Positions 35,033-41,584 of a DNA stretch of 41,854 nt are shown piece after piece. Position 1 is the stretch's first letter, and every line of letters starts with the position of its first letter. A program made the translations under genes and the position numbers. The stretch comes from a virus, in IMG/VR virus record IMGVR_UViG_3300018077_000003, one strand, 5' to 3'. The notes below the pieces were generated by a model. That model worked only from the letters and a program-made list of their open reading frames with translations. It did not search any database and had not been told where the DNA came from.

Positions 35033-36616
35033 CTAGATCTCCGACTTGAATTCGGGCGGCATCGGCTCCGCGCCGCTGATCTCACGAGCCGGCAGGTACC
35101 ACACATGAACGTAACCCTTGTCACTTTTAACCCCGATACGGAGCCGGGTCGTCCTCACCATGTCGCGCACCGCCGCCCATAGCGCCACGCCCTTTAATTC
35201 CTCAGACTTGGTGCGTTTCAAATAGGCGATGAAATCCGGGGCACGAAATGCGACGCAGATCTCATCATCGATCCTCTGCGTGATCGGCAAGCCGCGCAAC
35301 AAGCCGTCGCGATCCTCTAATGTCGGCTCCTTGCCATTGACCCACGCCTTCTGTGCATAATCACGTAACCGCTGGCGTATGACCCCCGACGTCGATGCCT
35401 CCTCCGGTACGTCCATCACCCGGGCCTTGGTCATAAGCTCGGTCAGGATGCGATCCCATTCAACGGGCTTAAGCGCTGGCACCACCCGCAGTAGCTTTTC
35501 TGCAATGGCCATCCGTATGATGGGCCACGCCATCAATTGTTCAGTGCTGAACATCACTCGCGCCCCGTCCACGGTCAATTCCCATCGCACCGGGTCGGAT
35601 GTGAATTTAATCAGGTCTGCGAATATGGGCAATTGGGCAAGTTGGGCCAGCGCCTCATACTCTGCCTTACTGACCCCAAACTTGCGGGTCATGCATGTTT
35701 CGCGCTCGCATAGGGTCCGTAGCGGCTCCTCCTGACAGCGGTATTTGTTCTCTTCCTTCTTGGCCGAGGCTATGGTGCGTACGGCCTCAGCCTTCGGCAG
35801 GGGCTTCTTAAATACCGCTGCATTGGCGTCATTCGCCGTCGTCTCATATTTATCCGCCGGTTGACTCTTACGCAGGTACACGCTAATGTTGAATAAGGCT
35901 TCATTGCGATGGCCCTCCGCCACCCCCGATGCAAACATCTTCTGTACGCAAGGCGGGGCGTCGGGGTGATTGGACCCCATGACCTTGCGCAATCCATCCT
36001 TTGGTATGCGTAGCTTCTCGGCCAGTGATACGAAAGCCTCGAGCGGAAGCCGGTGCCCGTCGCGCACGGCGTACCGCACGGTTTCGGCCCCGCCCATATA
36101 GGGCAAGTTAATCCAATTGCCCATCTGTCGCACGCCGCGCCCATCGATCGATAGCTTGGCCTGCTTGGGGAAGATCTCGGACCCGGAGTACCCGAGTTCC
36201 GCCGCCCATTTGCCCATCACCGCCCGCGCCTGGACCGCGAGCACCGGCTCCATGAAAAAGGCATAGACATGGACCCCGCCCGACTTGGACCGGCACGCCA
36301 GCAGCGGCAAATCGTGCTCGGTTATGTACTTATCAATGGGGGCAATTGATATGTCCTCATCCCCCTCGTGATTGTCTATATCGACCGCGGACCATGCGCA
36401 GCGGTCGTCGTCCGTGATCGGGACCGAACCGACCCCCTCCTTTCCCTCCAGGTGTAGCTCCATGTCAGGGATCGACAGCGGCCGATATTCCGTGCGCATC
36501 TTACTAGTGCGTGGATCAAAGCGTCCGGACGAGCGTTGATTGCCCGCGAACAACTTTAGCAGCCGCTCGGCCGCATCAGACGGCGGCGGAAGCGGTAGCG
36601 GGGGCTTTTTTGCCAT
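35033..36616 (-). CDS. Archaeo-eukaryotic-type primase (prim-pol) with PriCT-like domain
   Basis: AWSAVDIDNHEG (DxD), SKSGGVHVYAFF, and APPCVQKMFASGVAEGHRNEALFNISVYL (PriCT-1-like). No Walker A helicase domain seen. Confidence 0.75.
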   Translation of the reverse strand: MAKKPPLPLPPPSDAAERLLKLFAGNQRSSGRFDPRTSKMRTEYRPLSIPDMELHLEGKEGVGSVPITDDDRCAWSAVDIDNHEGDEDISIAPIDKYITEHDLPLLACRSKSGGVHVYAFFMEPVLAVQARAVMGKWAAELGYSGSEIFPKQAKLSIDGRGVRQMGNWINLPYMGGAETVRYAVRDGHRLPLEAFVSLAEKLRIPKDGLRKVMGSNHPDAPPCVQKMFASGVAEGHRNEALFNISVYLRKSQPADKYETTANDANAAVFKKPLPKAEAVRTIASAKKEENKYRCQEEPLRTLCERETCMTRKFGVSKAEYEALAQLAQLPIFADLIKFTSDPVRWELTVDGARVMFSTEQLMAWPIIRMAIAEKLLRVVPALKPVEWDRILTELMTKARVMDVPEEASTSGVIRQRLRDYAQKAWVNGKEPTLEDRDGLLRGLPITQRIDDEICVAFRAPDFIAYLKRTKSEELKGVALWAAVRDMVRTTRLRIGVKSDKGYVHVWYLPAREISGAEPMPPEFKSEI

Positions 36617-36650
36617 TTGTATTTTCAGCAGACCGGCGCGCGTTTATGGG

Positions 36651-36842
36651 TTACAGCACATCATTCTTTTTAGGGCCCCATGATTCTGTTACTTGAGCCA
36701 ATTCTCGATGTTCTGCAAATTCATATCGATCCCTCCCTGTGGCGCTGGCGCGGTGGAGTAAATAATCCCGCCCCCGGGCGCGCATACGACGCATCGATGC
36801 CGCCGTCTGTTCCCGCCGCTTTTTTAAATCCCGCGTGGGCAC
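36651..36842 (-). CDS. Small basic protein (63 aa)
   Basis: ORF overlaps the upstream gene by 19 nt. GC3 drops in its 3' third, so the end is uncertain. Confidence 0.35.
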   Translation of the reverse strand: MPTRDLKKRREQTAASMRRMRARGRDYLLHRASATGRDRYEFAEHRELAQVTESWGPKKNDVL

Positions 36843-37072
36843 AGGCGCTCGATGTGGGCCAGCATTGTAAACAGTTCACCGGCACTCTGTGCGGTGGCCG
36901 AGAACTCGATCTTATGCGTATCGCCACCGTACACCCGCATCCGCATCGGGAACCCGATGGCACGGGCCAGATCGATGCGGTCCGCCGACGGGCGGGCGAA
37001 TGCGAGCGAATAGGCAATGAACCCATTGGGGTCGACGGCGTGCCAAAACTTGGCAATCATCATCGCTTTCAT
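36824..37072 (-). CDS. Hypothetical protein (82 aa)
   Basis: ATGA coupling. High GC3. Confidence 0.6.
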   Translation of the reverse strand: MKAMMIAKFWHAVDPNGFIAYSLAFARPSADRIDLARAIGFPMRMRVYGGDTHKIEFSATAQSAGELFTMLAHIERLCPRGI

Positions 37073-37272
37073 GGATTGATCATCCCCAGCACGTGCTTCC
37101 TCGCCTGCTTGGCGATCTTGGTGCCGGGCGGGTTGCCGCCCTGTGGGCGGCGCTTACGGACCGGGCGCGGCCGATCGCTCGTCACCGCCATGCGGACCGG
37201 AGGGACCGGGGTCACGCGCCGGTTGCGAATGGCCCATTTGGCCCAATCATAGAACCTTCTCAGCGTGCCCAT
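37069..37272 (-). CDS. Hypothetical basic protein (67 aa)
   Basis: High GC3. Arg/Pro-rich. Confidence 0.55.
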   Translation of the reverse strand: MGTLRRFYDWAKWAIRNRRVTPVPPVRMAVTSDRPRPVRKRRPQGGNPPGTKIAKQARKHVLGMINP

Positions 37273-37296
37273 GGTCTATCCTTTTCTCTATGCCAC

Positions 37297-37563
37297 TCAG
37301 AAACTCGGCTCGTTACCCTCACTACGTACATGTCGGCGCATGACCTCTTTCAACAGATCCACGCTAAATCTTACCCCATGCACTGGCCGGGGTAGGTTAT
37401 CGTGCATTTCTCTATATACAGACAACTCACCACATGGGCATTCATATACCCAATTAAACATGAGCCGGAACCTATGGGCGGGGCTGACACCCACTTCTAC
37501 TGTGGATCCAGGCACTTCAGCCATGATACAGGCCGCCACTCGCTGCAAATGGTTCATTTTCAT
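37297..37563 (-). CDS. Hypothetical protein (88 aa)
   Basis: ATGA coupling with the upstream gene. Locally lower G+C. Confidence 0.5.
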   Translation of the reverse strand: MKMNHLQRVAACIMAEVPGSTVEVGVSPAHRFRLMFNWVYECPCGELSVYREMHDNLPRPVHGVRFSVDLLKEVMRRHVRSEGNEPSF

Positions 37564-38353
37564 TTCTTGAGTGCCCTCAAGCGGTTGCCAATAGTCATGC
37601 GCTTACGCCCCGTGTCCAGGTGCGCGTATTTCGCATCCAGTTCCGCAGCGGTGGCCTTGAGCAAGGGCGCCGCGTATTCGTACACTTGCTCGATGGTCTT
37701 GCCGCGCAGTGCCTCGGCCACTTCATCGCCGACGTCATGCCGGCCCGCCCTGGTGCGCTCGGCCCGCTCGACGTCGGCCTCGGACTTTATCTTATGGTAG
37801 CGGGTCTTGCCCAATCGCTCTTCGGGCAGCTTGGTCGCGGCCGCGACAGGCACGCTCTGGATCACGGCCTTGGGCACATGAGCATTGGTCTCATCCGGGC
37901 GGCGAGGCCTATCGCGCAGTCGCACAAAGTTGTTGCCCATGAACCCATCGACGTACCAGATCTCGCCCCGGTACGTAACGACGTCTCCGTCCGTGAAGCC
38001 GGGATAGGTCGGGCTGATGGGTAGGGTTAGTGTGACCGCCGCCCGCACCTCTGCGATCGGGATTAGTCGATCGCCTTTAACGGTAGGGTTAGCTGGACGT
38101 TCGGGCTGGTGTCGCCCGGGCCGACCGGGCCCGGCGAGTTCAAGTGCCCTTCGGGGAACGGATTGGGGATCGGGATCAGGGGCCCGAACTTTGGGTTCGG
38201 CTTGCGCAGGTCCGCAGCCTGCGGCGGGCACCGGGGCCCGGCCACTATCAACAGGTCCCCGAACACGAACATCGTCCCCATTTCCAGGCCCGGGGGCAGG
38301 CTGATCACGAACTTTGGTTCCTTCAGGCTTTGCATCTGTCGCCCCCCATTCAT
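37560..38353 (-). CDS. Two-frame gene: a 96-aa 0-frame product (38353-38063), and a ~264-aa product if a -1 shift occurs at G-TTA-AAG (38081-38075). C-terminal domain is paralogous to 39992-40432.
   Basis: GC3 is high in the 38063..38353 frame and low in the N-terminal part of the 282-aa track ORF. Downstream of about 38075 the coding signal moves to the -1 frame (GDRLIP...GDEVAEALRGKT...KYAHLDTGRKRMTIGNRLR). Confidence 0.5.
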
Positions 38354-38365
38354 CTAAAAAGTCTC

Positions 38366-38614
38366 TCATGATTGTATCCTCCGTGCGATGGCGTTTACGC
38401 GCCGGCACCAGCGTTTACCCGTCTGTGTCAACCGTCCATCCTTGCCCACGAGCTTGGGCATATTGGGCAACACGAACGGGTCCGCCAGACTTCCATCCTT
38501 CACTTTCGCTCGTGCCTTTTTGCGCGGGGTCGTGCCGTCGATGACATTATCCCGCATGGGCCGTGCGCCGAAGGACGCGCCGGCCCACTCTTCCAACAGT
38601 GACTTTTCGCCCAT
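38366..38614 (-). CDS. Hypothetical protein (82 aa)
   Basis: GAGGAG RBS 7 nt before ATG 38614. Confidence 0.55.
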   Translation of the reverse strand: MGEKSLLEEWAGASFGARPMRDNVIDGTTPRKKARAKVKDGSLADPFVLPNMPKLVGKDGRLTQTGKRWCRRVNAIARRIQS

Positions 38615-38639
38615 AGAAAGACTCCTCACGCCCGAGGTT

Positions 38640-38667
38640 AGAAAAGATGGCGGGGATCACACCCGCC
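38640..38667 (-). terminator. Candidate intrinsic terminator (leftward)
   Basis: On the - strand: GGCGGG, 7-nt loop, CCCGCC, then ATCTTTTCT. Confidence 0.45.
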
Positions 38668-38759
38668 CCGAGGTTCTTTGCAGCGCCGGGAGGAGGACCG
38701 CGCGCCACGCCCAGCAACCTCTAAGGCAAGCCCCCCAAAGCCGACTCGGGCGAAGCGGC

Positions 38760-39119
38760 TCAGGGGACGGCTAGTATACCACGGCCCGGCCCGGCTGTCC
38801 AGTCCCCCATCAGGTGAGCGATCACCTGCTCATCGCTTTCGGCCTCCGGCTTTCCGCGCGCATGCTCCGCCCCGCACCCGCGTTCGAGCATGCACAGGTG
38901 CACGAACTCGTCAAATGGGCGGTCACTCTCGGGTCCCGCTTTCACATACGCGGACGCACCTTCATGCTCGCAATCCCACCACAGCCGCTCGCGGGGCGAC
39001 AGAATGCGGACATTGCCTTCATTCCAAGCGGCGGGCACCCGGCTCTGCACATATCCCGTGACCGAGGCCCCGGTGATCATGGCCGCGACCAAGTGCAGGA
39101 TGGTGACGATCTCGATCAT
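38760..39119 (-). CDS. Membrane-anchored protein (119 aa)
   Basis: ATGA coupling at 39119. N-terminal TM segment MIEIVTILHLVAAMITGASV. Cys/His-containing C-terminal domain. The upstream part of the 151-aa track ORF has low GC3. Confidence 0.55.
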   Translation of the reverse strand: MIEIVTILHLVAAMITGASVTGYVQSRVPAAWNEGNVRILSPRERLWWDCEHEGASAYVKAGPESDRPFDEFVHLCMLERGCGAEHARGKPEAESDEQVIAHLMGDWTAGPGRGILAVP

Positions 39120-39280
39120 TTGATCAGCACCAATAGGATCAGCGCCCATAGGATCAGCGCCCATAGGATCAGCACCAATAGGACCAGTACCAGCCCAGCT
39201 ATCGCCCCGGGCCATGACAGCGGGCGAAAATGATAAAGCTCCCTGATGCGCTTGATCTCTGACTCCTGAAAGTTATCCAT
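39116..39280 (-). CDS. Small tail-anchored membrane protein (54 aa) whose TM segment is encoded by a 15-bp tandem repeat
   Basis: MDNFQESEIKRIRELYHFRPLSWPGAIAGLVLVLLVLILWALILWALILLVLIK. Confidence 0.5.
   Translation of the reverse strand: MDNFQESEIKRIRELYHFRPLSWPGAIAGLVLVLLVLILWALILWALILLVLIK
39122..39196. repeat. 15-bp tandem repeat, 4 good copies plus 1 degenerate (GATCAGCRCCMATAG)
   Basis: Read directly. Variant order is A-B-B-A, then a diverged copy. Confidence 0.9.
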
Positions 39281-39307
39281 GGTCAACCCCCCGCGCTGAA
39301 CTGGAAA

Positions 39308-39343
39308 GGTATACTCAGCAACAGCGCTATTGCCAAGTATACC
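39308..39343. repeat. 36-bp imperfect palindrome centred on AGCGCT (GGTATACT...AGCGCT...AGTATACC)
   Basis: Outer 8-bp arms are perfect and the inner arms partly paired. Intergenic. Contains a TGgTATACT extended -10-like element on the - strand. Confidence 0.6.
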
Positions 39344-39368
39344 ATGAACCGGAACCAGATCGGCAGGC

Positions 39369-39596
39369 TCAGCCACCGATAGACCCAAAGCGGCACGGGA
39401 CCTCCTTTACGCTGATGCCTTCGATCATGCGCCCGCGCAGCAGGTACGAGATCGTGACGATACGCTTAACCGAGTCCGTGTTCGCGCCCCGTAGGCGATA
39501 GAACTCGAACCGGGCGGGCATGTCGCTATTGTCGACCGCCGCGCCTATGCGCGACACCACCCGCACGTCGAACGATTTCAGCCCGCATTGCATCAT
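39369..39596 (-). CDS. Hypothetical protein (75 aa)
   Basis: ATGA coupling at 39596. High GC3 only from this ATG onward. Confidence 0.55.
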   Translation of the reverse strand: MMQCGLKSFDVRVVSRIGAAVDNSDMPARFEFYRLRGANTDSVKRIVTISYLLRGRMIEGISVKEVPCRFGSIGG

Positions 39597-39802
39597 GGCA
39601 ACCTTCCCCCGAGGCCGTTGGGGCGGTCCGCGTAATAGGCCACGACGATCAGTTTCGTGAATCGCCAGATGGCCTTCATTAGCTGCCAACTGCAGATGGT
39701 GATCGTGCCCACCAGGCACACGACCGTACCCAACAGGCACAGGAAGGTCAAGGCCACCATGACCGGCACCACTACGTAGGTAAAGAGTATTGAAGACAGC
39801 AT
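39593..39802 (-). CDS. Small membrane protein (69 aa, two hydrophobic segments)
   Basis: ILFTYVVVPVMVALTFLCLLGTVVCLVGTITIC. High GC3. Confidence 0.6.
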   Translation of the reverse strand: MLSSILFTYVVVPVMVALTFLCLLGTVVCLVGTITICSWQLMKAIWRFTKLIVVAYYADRPNGLGGRLP

Positions 39803-39805
39803 GGC

Positions 39806-39924
39806 TCAGTCCTCCAGGACGTTGACGATGAACCAGCAGAAACTATACCACAGGGCCATGCCCAGGGCATAGCAGGCACCCAGCAAGATGAACGGGTTAT
39901 GAACGGGTTATAAACGGCTTCCAT
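39806..39924 (-). pseudogene. 35-aa membrane-peptide ORF disrupted by an 11-bp tandem duplication
   Basis: GAGGAGA RBS plus ATG 39924. The duplicated ATAACCCGTTC (- strand; + strand ATGAACGGGTT at 39888-39909) shifts the frame. One copy gives MEAVYNPFILLGACYALGMALWYSFCWFIVNVLED with high GC3. Confidence 0.5.
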
Positions 39925-39991
39925 GATCGTCTCCTCATACCCCCGAAATGGAGGCGAAGTGGACCCGCCCTCGCGGACAGGCCCGAATCGC

Positions 39992-40432
39992 CTACTTCTC
40001 GGCTTTCTTGGTGCGGGCGGCGGCGAGCGCGCCGCGGATCTTGTTGCCCAGGTTCATGCGCTGCATGCCGACGTTCAGGTGCCCATACTTCTTCTGCAGG
40101 TCCTTCACCGTCTGGCCGGTGGCCTTGGCAGCGAGCGCATACGCCTCGTCGAGGGTGCGGCCCGCCAACTTGCCAGCAACCTCGTCGCCGCAATGCAGTG
40201 AGGAATTGCCGGCGGCGGTCTTCGCCTTGGTGTATTCCTCGATGTTGGCCGGGATCAGCCGGTCGCCATCGACAGCCTTCGGCTTGGCCTTCTTGACCGC
40301 GGGTTTGGCCTTGGGCTTCGGGGCCGCGGCCTTGGGCTTCGCGTGCACCTTCGGGCGGACCGGGGTGCCGGTGGGTACGGAGGCCGGCGCGTGACCGAGA
40401 ACCGGCGTGGGGACTGGAATTTGCTCGTTCAT
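39992..40432 (-). CDS. Histone-H1-like Lys/Ala/Pro-rich protein with a conserved C-terminal domain (paralogue of 37560-38081)
   Basis: KVHAKPKAAAPKPKAKPAVKKAKPKA, then GDRLIP, then GDEVAGKLAGRTLDEAY...KKYGHLNVGMQRMNLGNKIR. Confidence 0.65.
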   Translation of the reverse strand: MNEQIPVPTPVLGHAPASVPTGTPVRPKVHAKPKAAAPKPKAKPAVKKAKPKAVDGDRLIPANIEEYTKAKTAAGNSSLHCGDEVAGKLAGRTLDEAYALAAKATGQTVKDLQKKYGHLNVGMQRMNLGNKIRGALAAARTKKAEK

Positions 40433-40474
40433 GATGCGTCCTTTAAGTGTATCCGGGAAGAGCCGGAACTCGGT

Positions 40475-40510
40475 GCGGATGCACCCGACTGGACCATGGG
40501 TGAGCCCATG
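40475..40510. repeat. Perfect 16-bp inverted repeat with a 4-nt loop (strong hairpin, no U tract)
   Basis: CCGACTGGACCATGGG-tgag-CCCATGGTCCAGTCGG. Intergenic, between the first and second early genes. Confidence 0.85.
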
Positions 40511-40520
40511 GTCCAGTCGG

Positions 40521-40823
40521 CTACGCCCAGCGGACCCGCCAGAAACACTCGGCCCCGTGGTCCCACATGCCCGTGGACGAAATCAGCTCGCCCAGGAGCG
40601 CCTGGCCCACGAACGGGTCCGCGCCGCCCGCACCGCCCGCACCGCCCGGGTCACCCACGGGCAGGCCCGAGAGATCGCGCGCCTCGTCGACGGCACGCTT
40701 GAGCACGTAAGTCCCGTAAACGGTACGCCTAGGCGCGTGGACCCCGCGAACGCGTTCCCAACGCTTTCGCCCGACCGATCGCTCGACTACCCACTCGCCT
40801 CGCACTTGCGCTTTCTTGCCCAT
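40521..40823 (-). CDS. First early gene, hypothetical (100 aa)
   Basis: GAGGAGA RBS before ATG 40823. High GC3. In-frame 9-bp x3 repeat encodes GAGGAGGA. Confidence 0.55.
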   Translation of the reverse strand: MGKKAQVRGEWVVERSVGRKRWERVRGVHAPRRTVYGTYVLKRAVDEARDLSGLPVGDPGGAGGAGGADPFVGQALLGELISSTGMWDHGAECFWRVRWA

Positions 40824-40881
40824 GTCCGTCTCCTCATGCCCGCAACGGGGGGCTTCCGGGGCCTGGGTTGCCCACAGACCA

Positions 40882-40910
40882 AGTAAACCACAGGCGGCGA
40901 CGCCGCACAA
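40882..40910 (-). promoter_or_regulatory. Candidate leftward early promoter
   Basis: On the - strand: TTGTGC, 17-bp spacer, TTTACT preceded by TGG. It shares CGCCTGTG just upstream of the -10 with the rightward promoters and lies next to the palindrome at 40915. Confidence 0.4.
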
Positions 40911-40914
40911 GTAG

Positions 40915-40926
40915 GTCAGCGCTCAC
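40915..40926. repeat. Palindrome-family copy GTCAGCGCTCAC (1 mismatch)
   Basis: Read directly. Part of GTCAG-CGCTCA-CTGAC. Confidence 0.5.
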
Positions 40927-41235
40927 TGACCGGGCCGTCACCGACAGAACCCACGCCCCCGGGCGGGCACAAGCAGGGCCGCGAGCGGCAGCCCCCGCCG
41001 GGGGGGCCTCAGCCCGGCCGACCCCCCAGCGCCCAAGCGACGCGGGCCAAGGGGCGCCAGCAGCGGCACGGGAACAAGCGGACGGACAGGGACAGGAGCA
41101 GGCAGGCGAGGCGGAAACGCACGGGGCACCCCCAGCGCCCCCAGCCGGGGGGCAGGCGGGCCGGGCCCAGGGAGGGCGGGACCGGCACCCGGAGGGTAAG
41201 CAGGGGCCGTGCCAGGCCGGGGTCGGCTCCGTCGG

Positions 41236-41247
41236 GTGAGCGCTCAC
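41236..41247. repeat. Perfect palindrome GTGAGCGCTCAC
   Basis: Read directly. Confidence 0.6.
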
Positions 41248-41444
41248 TTGCGGGCGGCGCGGGGCTTTGCCCGGCGGGCGGGGGAAGGCGCACCCGGGTG
41301 ACGGAGCAAGGGGGGCCCGGCACGACCCTTGCTTGGGGTGACGCGGGGCGTCATGTTGCGGTGCACCAGTGACGCGGGACGGCACCTAAAGCAAAGGCCG
41401 TGCCGGGGTCGGGGGTGGCTCACCCCAGGGGCCGGCGGCGGTTA

Positions 41445-41470
41445 GTGAGCGCTCATCCTGTCACGCACCG
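41445..41470. repeat. Left arm of a 26-bp inverted repeat (GTGAGCGCTCATCCTGTCACGCACCG)
   Basis: The reverse complement recurs at 41585-41610 with 1 mismatch. Confidence 0.8.
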
Positions 41471-41584
41471 CGAAAGACGCTCGGAGCCGGTGCAGCCGGT
41501 GCGTACGTAGGGCCAGGGGGGGTGCCGGGAAGGGGTCTCGGGGGGTGCAGAAGGACCGGACGCACCGGTCTGGGCCCCGCGGGA

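Noticed and set aside
38082-38408. N-terminal part of the 282-aa ORF 37560..38408 (-).
   Set aside because: Third-position G+C is only about 40% here, while the overlapping 38063..38353 frame is about 85%. The long ORF is a chimera of a shadow frame and a real C-terminal domain.
39120-39215. GADPMGADPMGADPIGAD repeat at the start of the 151-aa ORF 38760..39215 (-).
   Set aside because: Low GC3. The same DNA in the other - strand frame encodes a coherent TM segment. The real downstream gene starts at ATG 39119 (ATGA junction).
40834-41385. Long ORFs across the GC-rich spacer: 40834..41385 (-), 40868..41239 (+), 41009..41323 (-), 41461..41748 (-), 7..324 (+), 11..304 (+), 99..329 (+).
   Set aside because: All are Arg/Pro/Gly/Ala low-complexity and are open on several frames and both strands at once, as expected from about 80% G+C. 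None has a credible RBS-start pair. Treated as non-coding.
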